Of a stretch of DNA of 64,000 nt, positions 11,576 to 23,585 are shown in pieces. Position numbers and translations under genes: made by a program. The stretch covers positions 3,918,419-3,982,418 of the forward strand of contig MU058198.1 in the NCBI GenBank assembly GCA_013265495.1, in the 5' to 3' direction. The notes beneath the pieces were generated by a model. That model saw only the letters and a list, made by a program, of their open reading frames with translations, was not told where the DNA came from and searched no databases. Within the stretch, counting starts at the first letter, position 1. Each line of letters begins with the position of its first letter. Origin of the DNA: Vicugna vicugna (taxonomy: Eukaryota).

Positions 11576-12507
11576 TGTCAATTTAAAAAAATCAGTCAAT
11601 CTAAAAAAGAAATGGAACATTTTATTCAAGCCAAACTGAGGATTATAGCCCAGGGACAGCTTCTCAGAAAGCTCTGAGAACTGTTCCGCCCATTAGAGGT
11701 CAAAGCATAGTCATATAAGTTTTTGAGACAGAGGATTGTACATTACATGACGTATCACTGATGCGTTACGCCATCCAGATCTACACATACAAAGGGACCA
11801 GAGGGTCATGCGGGTCATCGTGGCCTCTTATGAGATTAAGAAGTGTCGACTGAAATAAATGTGCAGCCAAAAAGTTGAGAGTTATGTTTTATTTGGCGGG
11901 AGGACTCGAGCCGGGATGACAGCCTCTCAGATCGCTCTGAGGGACTGCTCAGAAGAGACAAGGGAGAAGCTAGGATATATAGGAGCTTTACAACAAAGAC
12001 CAGGTAGTTGGAACAATAAAAGATAATCCATTATCTAAAGAAAACCAGGCATCTCAAGTTAAAGAATGTAGTGCTTTTCTATGTGTGGGAGGAAGCAAAC
12101 ATTAAGGCTCATTGAATTCATTCCTTTGACAAGCACCTAGCTATCTAGGGCCAGTATCTTGTCCTTTCTTATTCTGAGTCCCCTCAGAGTGCACCACTGT
12201 GAGTGGCTGCAGAGGCTGGGCTGGCAGGCTTGTCTTCACTGGGGGTGGCGGCAGCGGCTGAAGACTTGATGGCTTCAGCATTCTTTGTTTACTGATCTGG
12301 TTTGCAGTATTTTTTGTTCACAGAAGAAAGGTTATCTCCTAGAGAGCTGTGACCCTTGATGAGATTAAAAAGGAATGTTATCTTCAGAGGAGGTCTGGTT
12401 AATGCTAATGTACAGCACACACTAAAGGGGAAAGAGGAAGACCAAAGAAACATTTTATGTTTACATTTTTTTTCATCTTGCCATAACATATGAATTTTAT
12501 TTCATCA
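11576..12507 (-). mobile_element. ERV1 (MER4-group-like) solo LTR 'D' (interrupted at 11844-12322)
   Basis: TG...CA termini, TSD caag/ctag; colinear with the uninterrupted copy at 54182-54644. Confidence 0.85.
11844..12322 (-). mobile_element. ERV1 solo LTR 'E' nested in LTR D
   Basis: tgtcgactgaaa...ttgttcaca, perfect TSD gaag/gaag; homologous to 23170-23585. Confidence 0.85.
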
Positions 12508-12632
12508 CTAGTCCTCTCCACCTCTGTCCCCAGCCCTGGTATCTTTGCCCCTTAAGCTCCCAGGACAATTCCGAGAAGGGAGAACGGCTGAGTCACAGAA
12601 ACGTAACCAATTTTATTAAACAAGGAAGCTGG

Positions 12633-13103
12633 TGTCGACGAGAAATTAATCAGTCGATCTAAGAAAGAAATGGAAAATCTTATTCGAGCCAAATTTGAGG
12701 ATTATAACCCGGGAAGAGCATCTCAGAACCCTCCGGGAACTGTTCCACCTGTTAGAAGTCAAAGCACAGTTACGTAAGCTTTTTGAAACAGAGGGCTGTA
12801 CATCACACGACATTATTGACAGTTTATACAATCTAGCAAGTAGTGGGTCACGGGTCATCGTGACCCCTTACAGCATCGGGAAGGAATGCTATCTTTTAAA
12901 AAGACTTGTCTTGTTGATACTTGGAGAATGTTGCTTCCTATGGTTGAGCAAGCATTTCTGCTGTTCGGGGAGGTTTGGTCGATGCAGAAGGCAGATACAC
13001 CATGCACCGAAGAGGGGAGAGAGAAGGCAGAGGGCAGAGAACATTTTTTTGTTGTTGTTTAAATTCTTCTTGTCTTGCCATAAAATATGAATTTTATTTC
13101 ACA
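12633..13103 (-). mobile_element. ERV1 solo LTR 'F'
   Basis: tgtcgacgagaaattaatcagtcgatctaag...ttttatttcaca, perfect TSD ctgg/ctgg; reverse complement of the copies at 15744 and 51052. Confidence 0.9.
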
Positions 13104-13935
13104 CTGGTAATCCCCCACTCCAAGCCTCTTTTAGGAAGGGAAACTTCTAAAACCCAAATCTTACCATCTTTTCTTCAAACCTGCCCTCTCCCATCATTTC
13201 CATGAGACACTTCCATTTAGCAGGGAGCCCGAAGGAGCTGCCTCCTCTCTATGCTGATCCACTCTCTGGCACCCCGCGGTCCCTGTGTCAATATTGCCAT
13301 CCCAGCAGTGGGGGACTCACAGGAAGTCTTGTGCTTTGAAGTGTCCCTGCTTACCTACATTTTACACATCAAGAGGGAAGAGGACCACTATTGGCAAGAA
13401 AGATAGGGGAAATGGCAGAGGTCGGGTATTCAAAAGCAATTAGTTGGGACAACAGAAGGAACAAAAGGAAGGACATTATGCAAATGGAGCCATTCCACCC
13501 TTCAGAAGATAATGTCCTCTCTGAACACAAAGGAAGGTTTTAAAAAGCAGCCCAGTTCATTTCAATTCTGTTTGAATATTGAGCTTCCTCGTGATTAATA
13601 TTAGGCCCCGGTAGTGGCAGGGCTCGGGAACGTTAACGCTTTTGGATTCCTCAGTGAGGATGTTAGTATTAACTGTATTCGGTTTTAAATATTTCACGAC
13701 GTTGGGTAGGAGTCAGCACAGTCCTAAATCTTATATTTCTACAAAATAACCCCAAACTGGCATAAGCCCACATCTCTCTTCTTTTTTTGTAGGTTTCCCC
13801 TGTATATAGTCTTTTGAGGGCTACCAAATGGGGATGGTCTTCAATTGGCGGTCCATTCTCAGGGAAGCAAGTAGTGTCTGCTTTCAGTTACTCTAGGAGA
13901 AAGCAAGGCACAGTGGAATTGGAAAATGTCCCCTC

Positions 13936-14385
13936 GGTGGGGTCCAGAGGCATCTGGCAGATGCCGGCTCCAAGGCCCCTCAGGCTGCTTTAGAGATAAC
14001 AAAGAACATTCTTTTCCTAATACATTCCTGCCTTTGCTGAGATGACGATCATCTATACAAAGCCACCAGAACCCATCACAGCCCCCTACCGAAGTCTGAT
14101 AGCCCTACCCTTTCACGACCCCTCCCGTCCCTATTATCTCAACATCAACCAATCAGAGACTTGTGCACAAGCTGATCACACACCTTGTGACCCCTCGGTA
14201 CCTGGTGGAGCCCTCCCTAATAAAGACCTCAGCAACCCGCGCTCTGGGATCACACAGCACCTCTCATCTGGGAGGCCCGCTGGTGTCTATGGCAGCATAC
14301 CTAATACACTCCTTGTCTATTTTCACCCTTTGTCTTTGGCAAATTCTTTTACTGCCTGCGCACCAGCCTGCTGAACCCCAAGACA
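13936..14385 (+). mobile_element. Solo LTR, same family as LTR C
   Basis: Shares aaccaatcagagacttgtgcacaag and cagcatacc...taata with 10593-11055; perfect 5-bp TSD ccctc/ccctc. Confidence 0.8.
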
Positions 14386-14904
14386 CCCTCTTTCCTTGCA
14401 CCCCTCCTCCAAGGGACCAGGGCTCTTCCTCCTTACCTCCACGTGGAGAGACCAGGAGAAATGGAGACGAGAGCTCATCTCTCCCCCACCAGCAGACAAC
14501 TGAGTTCACAGGGTTTCGGCAGCTTGGGTGGCTGGCACTTTATTATTTGCTGGAGAGAGAGAGCAGGTTGTAAGGAAAGGACATGCGGGGACATTGACAG
14601 TCTTCTGAGTGGGGAGGAAAATAAGGAGAGAAATAGGGGACAGACAGCGTCCATGTCCTGGTGTCCCGCACCCCCATGGTTGACACCCCTCCTTGATGGC
14701 TCACATTGCTGTCCATTCAGTGTAGAACATCCTTCAACAGCTGGCACCATGCAAAGTCGAGGCAGCCCTTGGAGGGGTGACAGTTCCAAGGGAGCTCTTC
14801 CACTCAAGAGGTGCCAGGCATCCAGTTATTCTCAAACCTGGCTAAACATTAGAACCACCTTAGGAGATTTAAAATAAAACCAAAAACCAAAAACTTATTT
14901 CCTA

Positions 14905-15500
14905 TCTATAGACTCTAAATGTACACTTGCCCTATGTTCCAACAATGCCACTCCTAATTATATGTCGAAGAAACATGAGCATGCTGAGAAATGTGTGTAC
15001 ACCAAAAAAAAAAAAAAAACATAAAAACTGCTCAGAGGAGGTTTTGTTATGACAACCCAAAATGGAAAACAACCCAATTTCTATCAGAAACAGGATGGGT
15101 GCATACACTGTGGCATGTTCATTCCATGGAATGAGTAACTGCTGACCTCCACAACGTGGATGAATCGCTCAGACATAATGTTAAGGGAAAAAAGCTAAGA
15201 TCCAAAAGACCGCATGCTGCCTGGCCCCATTTATATGAAGTTCAAAAACAGGCAAAATGAATCTCGGGTGACAGAAGTCAGAAGGTGGAGGAGGCGGGGT
15301 GGGAGGAGTTACTGCCTGGGAGAGGCACGGAGGAGCTTTCTTGTAGCGATGAGGGGCGCTGGAAAGTTCTACAGCTTCAGGATGTTGGTACATGGGTATG
15401 TATTTATATAAAAATTCCTGGGCTGAAAAACATAAGATTTGCATCCTCTACTGTAATATACTATAACTCAATACAACTTTTTATAAAATCAGAAAAATTA
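14905..15500 (+). mobile_element. Old L1 (L1M) 3' fragment inside a split MER5-like element
   Basis: ccaacaatgccactccta...tggatgaatcgctcagacataatgttaaggg...aacaggcaaaatgaatct; MER5 pieces at about 14822-14875 and 15520-15605. Confidence 0.7.
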
Positions 15501-15614
15501 TATCAAATACAAAATACCTAAGCCAGGACCCCCACTTCCCTGAGAGTCTAATTCAATTGGCTTTGAATGGGGCCCAGACAAGAGGATATTTTAAGAGTCC
15601 CATGGGGATCTTTC

Positions 15615-16335
15615 TTCCAGCTTTATTGGAATATAATTGACGTTTAACATTGTATAAATTTAAGGCTTACAACGCAATGATTTGATGCATGTGTATGTTG
15701 CAGAATGATACCACAATAAGGTTAATTAACACATCCATCACCTTGTGAAATAAAATTCTATTTTATGGCAAGACAAGAAAAATATAAAACATTCTTTGCC
15801 CTCTGGCCTCCTCTCTCCCCTCTTCCGTGCACGGTGTATCTGCATTCTGCATTGACCAAACCTCCCGCATCAGCAGAAATGCCTGCTCAACTGTAAGGAG
15901 CAACATTCTCCAGCACCAACAAGACAACTCCTTAAAAGATAACATTCCTTCTTGATGTTGTAAGGGGTCACATGACCCATGACCCACTACTTGCTAGATT
16001 GTACAAACTGTCAGTAACACATCCTGTAATGTACAGCCCTCTGTTTCAAAAAACTTACATAACTGTGCTCTGACTTCTAACAGGCAGAACAGTTCTTGGA
16101 GCTTTCTGTGATGCTGTTCCCAGGTTATAATCTTTAAATTTGGCCCAAAATAAAATCTTCCATTTCTTTCTTAGATCGACTGATTAATTTTTCATCAACA
16201 ACCTCGTATAGTTACAATTGTGTGTGTGTGTGTGTGTGTTTAGTGTGAACTTCTAAGACCTTTTCTCTTAGCGATTTGCAAATACCCAGTACAATATTGT
16301 TAACCATAGTGACCATACTGTACGTGACACCAGAG
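15615..16335 (-). mobile_element. L1 3' end (L1MA9-like), split by an LTR
   Basis: ccagctttattgga...aacacatccatcacct | cgtatagttac...(tg)n...ttaaccatagtgaccatactgtac. Confidence 0.8.
15744..16200 (+). mobile_element. ERV1 solo LTR, F family
   Basis: tgtgaaataaaattc...aataaaatcttcc...ttagatcgactgattaatttttcatcaaca; perfect TSD acct/acct. Confidence 0.9.
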
Positions 16336-16679
16336 GATTTTATACACAGCCTGCTTTGAGGATTCTGACCCAGATGAGTGGACCTATGCTTACGTAGCTT
16401 CTCTCTGATCCTGTGGAGAACCCTCACAATAGTGGGGAGAAGGGGAGAGCGTTTTGGCTCGTGCAGAAATTCAGTCTACTGGACTGAAGCAGGCAACTTG
16501 GCCTTAAGGTCCTGCACCAAATCTAATCACAGTGGTCACTGAGGCAAAGCACTGAGTGCAGAGGAGACCTATCCCAAGGAGGCCAGCCTCAGTTGCATGT
16601 AACCTTTCTGCTGCTTGGCAGGAAAGAAAGCCCTTGTAAAGAGAAGAACCAGCCTACCGACCTGCAGGTCTTGCCTCTC

Positions 16680-16845
16680 CAGTGATTCCCAACCTCGGCT
16701 TCCCATTCAAATCATCTGGGGAGATTTTAAAACCCCAGTGCCCAGGTGGCACTGCCAGACTCTCTGCGGGGTGGGCCCAGGCATCGGCCTTTTCTAAAGC
16801 TCCCGAGATGATTCCATCGGGCAGCCACGGTTGAGAGCCACTGTT
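16680..16845. mobile_element. MER5A hAT MITE
   Basis: cagtgattcccaacctcggct...ggtgggcccaggcatc...ccacggttgagagccactg. Confidence 0.8.
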
Positions 16846-19800
16846 CTTAGCCCTACAGCCAGAGACCACACCCATGTGTTAAAGGGCAGTGACCTTGGCC
16901 ACTGTCCAAGAATCGGACCCAATTGCATTAGCATTCCCTCCTGTAGCAGAGAGAGGTGGGGTCGGGAAGGAGGGGCGGGCAGAGACCTCCCCCCTCACCA
17001 GCCTGGGAAGGGTACTGTTCCAGGTGTCGGGCAGCTGGATTATAAAGACTCCTTCTCAAGGGCCCTTCAGCCTGGCAGCTGGAGGACACAACCCCACCAG
17101 CCACACTTAGCGGACATGAACTTTCTTCCATTGTGCCAGATTGTCTACTGTCATCCTGGTTATCCTGGGGTCCCTGTCTCCCGGAATCGCCTTCCCTGTG
17201 TGGTTCCAGGTTAGGCACCGTTGAATGTTCGAGGCAGTGAGAGACAGATGCGGAGAAGCCTCTGGCTTCCAGTGTGCCCCCGCCCTGCCCTCTGCACGCT
17301 GTGTCCAGCCGTTCTCCTGAACACGAGCCCCGCCGTCCCACAGTGACCCAATCCACCACCCGATGCTTCACTGTGAGCTCACAGAGGCAGCAGCCAAAGA
17401 ACCAGCAGCTTTCCATGGGCTTCTGCACCAGCTCCTCCATGGTCTCGCTTTTACCACTGGACGTGGCCAGCTTCCGGGCTTCCTGACAATCCCTGACTCA
17501 TTCACCCATGTCCATACTTCAAGGGAGCGCCTTTTGTGACCACCTCCACCCATGCCCTTTTTTTTTTGAACATCTATTTTTCCAGTTCCTCCCACAGTTG
17601 GGTAAGGTCGAATTCTTATTATCCCTGATAGCTTAATATTCATCTTGGTTCTGCTTTTCTGATTCCACCCAGACGGATACACCGGAGAAGGGCAGCAGGG
17701 AGCCTTCCAGGATGTTGGAAGTGTTCTCTCTCTTGATCTGGGCAGTGATTACGTGGGGACTATATATAGATTTTTTTTTAATTAATCAAACTTTATTCTT
17801 AAGACATTCACACTTTACCATTCAAGTGCTGCATCTCAGTAACTTTTTTTCAAGACTGCCTTAAGAGACTTCATCAACCAAATAGATAAATTAAAGCACA
17901 ACCACTGTGTGCGAACCCCCTTGGGCACCTGCGTGGACCACAGACCCTCAGCCCCAAGCCTGCCTGCCCACCTCCTCCCAGACCCCAGCGCATCACTCCC
18001 CGCCGCTGCTGAATATGTAACAGTCCTTCTGAGGACTCCTCTGCCTGCTGGCTTTGACAATAACAGATCGTGATTACAAATGGCTTTAGACTGAAGAAAG
18101 ATCTTCGGTCTTCATTAAGGTTTATTTGTGACTGTTCCAATGGTGGCTTCTGAGAGACAAGAAAGAATGCCGATGGTAATTAGGCTCTCCTAATTGCAGT
18201 AGTCACTGATTGCCAGTATTAAAAACATTTGAGGAAGTGTAGCAATTAGAGCTTCGGGAAATATTTAAAAACAAAGTGAAAAAGAGGCCTCCAAGTGCAA
18301 GGACGCGGAGAGGCCGCCAGGAGCCCCTGCCCAGCTGGAGCAGACCTCGAGCAACCCTGGACAGCTGAGTCCCTCAGCCACCCTCCCATCCCACCCCGCC
18401 CCTGCCGGCGATGATGGTCGTGACTGTCTGAGCAGTAAAATGCGTGTGTCCTCTCAGTCCCCCTCCAGACGTAGCTGTGAATCAGCCCACGGAGAGACAA
18501 TTTTACAAATAAGGTAATAATGCCAGGCACATGTTGATACACATATATACCTGCTAGCCTGCTAAATCCATACAAGCTCAGCATTGTTCCCATTTGAAAG
18601 ATGATGAAACTGAGGTCTTTGCTGAAGAAGAAAGTAGAAAACTTTCCAAGGTTACACATACAGCAGGTGGCATGCCCTTAACCAATACATCATTCCGTGT
18701 CTTCCTAAGCCCCAGAGCCCTGGATTCCTCTTCCAACAGCACCCTAGCAAGACAAGCTCACTTGTCCCTCCCACCCCCTTTATCACGTCTCCCTCAAGAA
18801 TCCACTTCCAGCCACCAAACCAGGTGACGAGTCCTCTCGTCTCTCTCTTCCCCTGGCAGCCCTGCCCACATGCTCCCTGAGAATGAGCTCTTGGAATTTC
18901 TAAACTCCTCTTCCTAGGAAAATCAGGCTCCACGATCTTTCATCCATCCCTGCAGTCCTACTTTGAAGAATTCTATTCACGTTCATCAATCATCTCCAAA
19001 AGTCTCCAACAGCCGAACTTCCCTCTTCCTCTGGCCCCATGGTCCCCCACTATGCTTAGATGGGAATGTAAGGAACACGAAGGAAGAGATTTGGGTCTGT
19101 TTTCTTTTCTGCTGTAACCCTGGCACTCAGAAGGGTGACTGGCACATGGTAGGAGCTTGATAAATAGTTGCCGAATGAATGAACGCTTTCTTTTATCCAA
19201 CCAGAGACACATCCTGTACATTTCTAAGCGTCTCTTGATACGTGATGCTCTCTTAATTGCCAGAAATGCACCCTCTGTGTTCCTTCTTATCAATCATTTT
19301 CTCTAGAATCATACTTCCCTGCCTTCCAGCCTAGCCCAGATAGATGCACATGGCCACTTTTAGAGCCCAGAAAGTATTTGTATTTCTAAAGTCTAACATA
19401 TAAGATGGTCACCTCTATGTCTCTGGTCCAGAGTCCCCCCAGATAAAGGTGTTCTCAAATTCACCTGTGTGGTGCCTTGAAGAGAAAGCGTTTCACCGCA
19501 CACTGTGCTACGTCCATCAGGAAACGAGATTACAACTTTATTTCCATCTCCTAATTGGTACTAGCGCCCCCAAAGAAATACTGGTCCATTAAGTAGGGAA
19601 TGCTAATTGCTTACCTCCTACTGACAGTGATGACAGGCTTGGTTAAGGGTTTTTATTAAGGCCATTAAAGGGAAGACTGCGTGGCAGGCAAGCTTCTGGG
19701 TTGCTTGGAAGGGAGAGATGCTGAGGGGGTGGGGTGGGGTGTAAAGCGGAGGAAGGTACAGGTGAATGAGGACACAGATTCGGGGGCAGGAAGCTGCTAG

Positions 19801-19893
19801 AAAAGAGTGCAAGTCACATAAGTCACGTGACTCTGAAATGTTTTTGAATCTGAAATAGTTCATTGTTAATTTAAAAGAAATTCAGTCCTTATT

Positions 19894-20285
19894 ACTCAGC
19901 CATAGAAAAGAGTGAAACAATGCCATTTGCAGCAACATGGGTGGACCTAGAAATGATCATGCTAAGTGAAGTCAGACAGAGAAAGACAAAATACATGATA
20001 TCGCTTAAATGTAGAATCTAAAACATGATACACAGGAACTTATTTACAAGACAGAAACAGACTCACAGACATGGAAAACAGACTTATGGTTACCAGTGGG
20101 AGAAGGGGGTGGGAAGGGATAAATCAGGAGTAATGATATTCAATATCTTGTAATAAACTGTAATAGAAAAGAATCTGAAAAAGAATATCTATACATATGT
20201 ATATATTTGAATCACATTGCTGTATACCAGAAATTAACACAACACTGCAAATCAACTATACTTCAATACAATTTAAAAAAATAAA
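19894..20285 (+). mobile_element. 5'-truncated L1 (artiodactyl/camelid type 3' end)
   Basis: gccatttgcagcaacatgggtggacctaga...actatacttcaat + A tail; 16-bp TSD aaattcagtccttatt / aaattcaatccttatt. Confidence 0.9.
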
Positions 20286-21029
20286 AAATTCAATCCTTAT
20301 TGATGAACATGCACCAGGTGCCATTCGAAATGTTTTATCTGCATTGCTGCGTTTATCCTCATGGCAACTCCCCGAGGTAGGAATTATTACCACCCTCATT
20401 TTATGAATGAGAAAAGTGAGGTCTAGAGGAGGCAAAGTAATTCGCTCAGTGGCCCGGAACTAGTCCGTCCGTTTCTGCAGCACACACCCCTGCACACTAC
20501 AGATGGAGGTCAGGAGTGGGAGGCCAGTGGGCTTTCTGGTGTCTGGAAGCTTGTCTACCGCCCACCTGTCCCTTGATTCATTCTGCAAGTAACTTGCCGG
20601 GTGCCTGCAGTAAACTGATACCATGCTCTGTACTCAACATACAAGTAGGGTGTTTCTTCGGAGACTGGCTCCTACAACAAACTGAGCAGAAGCACCCATA
20701 TCTCTGTTGCCCCCAAAACCCATGACACAAATTCGTCACAGCATGGGAAAGCAAGAAAGTGTCATCGGATGGTCGGAAATTTTAAGTCAAAGCAGAAAGC
20801 AGGGAAACAGATAACATGCACGCAACAGATCAACACAGCTGGAGGGGACCATCCGCTCAAAACCTGCAGGAGAATCTCCAGAGAAGGTAGGAAGGGGTGG
20901 AGAAGGACCCCAAGCTCAGAGGCACCGGGTACAGGAAGGCAGGGTGGGCACAGGAGTGCCCGTCAAGGTGATTAACTAAGAAGATAGAACAACCAGGCTG
21001 GGCCTGGGTGAAGCTAACCAGGTAAGAGC

Positions 21030-21140
21030 ACCGATTAGTAAGACGCATTTTAAAAGGCTCATACTCGGGTGCAAAATGTCAAGAATAAAGAGAAAAATCC
21101 TACAGTCTTCCAAAGAGAAGAGAAAGGTCACTTAAGATCA
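21030..21140 (+). mobile_element. Degenerate L1/HAL1 ORF1 remnant
   Basis: aataaagagaaaaatcctacagtcttccaaagagaagagaaaggtcact resembles the L1 ORF1 KEKILxAxREKxxVT motif. Confidence 0.5.
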
Positions 21141-21489
21141 TTGTCCCTTATCTTCCTCCCACCTGTTTTAATTTTCAAAGGAAGAAACTTTAGATTTTGA
21201 GTATGTCTGAGCGCAGGATAAAGATGTAAAAGATACGGGAGGGCATAATTCACAAGCAGGATCTCTGCTGCGGTGGATTAGACAGAGAAATTCTTCTCGT
21301 CCTCTAAAACCGGGGAGAAAACTCTGACGATGGGTGAAGATGCAGCTCAGTTTCAGGGTAGGTGGGCAGAGAATTGAGGGAGCTCATGCCCTATCAGTCT
21401 CTGTTCTCTTTATTTTGAATAATTACTATGTACCAGTCACTGTCCTGAACATTTAACTCCTCATCTGAATCTCAAAACAACCCTATGCA

Positions 21490-22410
21490 CACAGACTGGG
21501 AAAAACCATAGTGCATATACCAAAGGAATAGTGTCCACAATATATTTGAAAACTCCTATGAATTTAACAATAAAATTCAAGCAGCTCTATTTTTCAAACG
21601 AGCGCAAGCCATGAACAAAATTCACAAAGGAAACTATGCAGTGACCAATAAGCACATGAAATGGACTTATCACGGTCAGCCCTCAGGGCAATGCCAATGC
21701 AAACCACGGGGAGAGAGCCTTTCAAACCTATTAGAATGGTTAAAATCAGATGCCGACAGGAATACGGAGCAACCGGAGTTCTCAGACATCGCTGTGAGGG
21801 TGCAGAATGGTTCAACCATTTTGAGCTATTTGGAAGCTCCGTACAAAGTTAAATATCCGTCTGTTATAGGACCTAACAATTCCATGCCTAGGTATTTATC
21901 TACCCACGGCAAATGAAGACATATATTTCTATAAAAAAGGTTTGCACACAAATGTTCATGGCTAGCCGATTGACCATAGTCCCAAACTGGGAACAATTCA
22001 AAACGTCCATCACGCGGAGGGTGTATAACAAAATTGTAGTAATGTCCACACAACGGAATACTGCTCAACAATACGAAGGAATAAACCACTGATACCCACA
22101 ATGGCATGGATGAATCTCAAACACATTGTGTTGAGTGAAAGGAGGTGATCACAAAAGAGAATTTCCTGTGTGATTGTCTTATATGCAAGCTAAGGACAGG
22201 CTAAGCGAATCTATGATGATGGAAGAAATGGGTTGACTACAAAGGGGTACAGGTGAACGTACTGGGATGATGGAAATGCTTCATTTCTTGTTTACAGACG
22301 GTTGTTACACAAATGTATACAACAGTCAAAACTCATCACACTGAACACTTAAGACTTGTATATTTTATTCTACTTATATTATGCTCTAATTCAAAAGAAT
22401 ATTTTTTAAA
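21490..22410 (+). mobile_element. Old L1 (L1M) ORF2 end and 3' UTR
   Basis: Degenerate ORF2 C-terminal motifs, atggatgaatctcaaacacattgtgttgagtgaaag, aaaactcatcacactgaacacttaaga. Confidence 0.8.
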
Positions 22411-22731
22411 ACAGTGCAAGTTGGGTTTTTACAGGCAAAATACCAAAATTCAAACAAGTCAAGATACCAGTCAAAATATCAGCCAATCACACAGCAAGTG
22501 AGAGGGGAGGTGGAGCTAGCATTCATAGTCACAGCTGACTGATTCCAAAGCCCATGAGCCACCCGAGAAGCGTTACATTAAACCATTCCAAAACTCTTCG
22601 GCTAAGGCAATTAGACAAGAGAAAAATGAAAGGAATCCAGACTGGAAAGGCAGAAGTGTAACTATTTCTATTGGCAAATGACATAATCTAGTACATAGAA
22701 AATTCTTAGGGATACACAAAAAACTATTAGA

Positions 22732-22890
22732 TGTATAGCAAAGGGAACCATATTCAATATCTTGTAGTAACTTACGGTGAAAAAGAAAACAAATATATGT
22801 ATGTTCCTATATGACTGAAGCATTATGCTGTACACCAGAAACTGACTGTACTTCAATAAAAATATATTTTAAAAGGGGGAGGCAACAAAA
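22732..22890 (+). mobile_element. Short young L1 3' end inserted in the older L1
   Basis: tgtatagcaaagggaaccatattcaatatc...tacaccagaaactgactg; 14-bp TSD aaaaaactattaga on both sides. Confidence 0.85.
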
Positions 22891-23169
22891 AAAAAACTAT
22901 TAGAGCAAGCAGATACAGCAACATTGCATAATATGAGTAATATGCAAAAATCGATTGTATTTCTATACAGTCACGGAGAACAATCCAAAAATGAAATTAA
23001 AAAAATCATTCCACTTATAATAGCCTCGAAAAGAATAAAGTACTTAGCTTCAACAAGAGAAGTGTAAGACTTCTACACTGTAGAACATTGAAAAAATTAA
23101 ACAAGACCTAAAGAAATGGAAAGACATCTTATATTCATGGCTCAGAAGACTTAATATTGTTAGGAGGAG

Positions 23170-23585
23170 GTTGAGAGAAAAAAATGCACAACCTAAGGGT
23201 TGAAAATTATGCTTTATTCAGTGGATATTCTGAGGACTTCAAGCCCAGGAGACAGCCTTTCAGATGGCTTTAAGGGACTGCTCCTCAGAGGTAAGGGAGG
23301 AGCCAGGACATATAGAAGTTTTGCAACGAAGTCCACGGTTGGTCAGAGCATCAAAAGACTACTGTTAATTAAACGAAACCAGATATCTCAAATTAAGGAA
23401 TTTAGTGCTTTTCTATGTGTGGGGAAGATGCAAAAGTCTGGGCTCATTGAAATCATTTCTTTGATATACATCTAGCTATCTAGGGCCAGTGTCCTGCGTC
23501 TACCATCCCAAGTCCCTTTAGGGCTCACCAGAGAAGGGGCTGCAATGTGATGGCCTGATGCCCCAGCATCCTTTGTTTATTGAGA
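23170..23585 (-). mobile_element. ERV1 LTR, E family (truncated)
   Basis: Colinear with 11844-12322: ttagtgcttttctatgtgtggg, ggctcattgaa, ctagctatctagggccagt, gcatcctttgttta. Confidence 0.8.

Noticed and set aside
12695..13090. 131-aa ORF
   Set aside because: Lies entirely within a solo LTR, antisense to it, and is not preserved in the sister copies.
13560..13740. Possible mitochondrial insertion (NUMT)
   Set aside because: Composition looked suggestive, but I could not match it to any mitochondrial gene.
16928..17486. 170-aa minus-strand ORF and overlapping GC-rich ORFs as a coding exon or retrogene
   Set aside because: No protein family recognised, no poly(A)/TSD, no convincing splice context; a BLASTX search would settle it.
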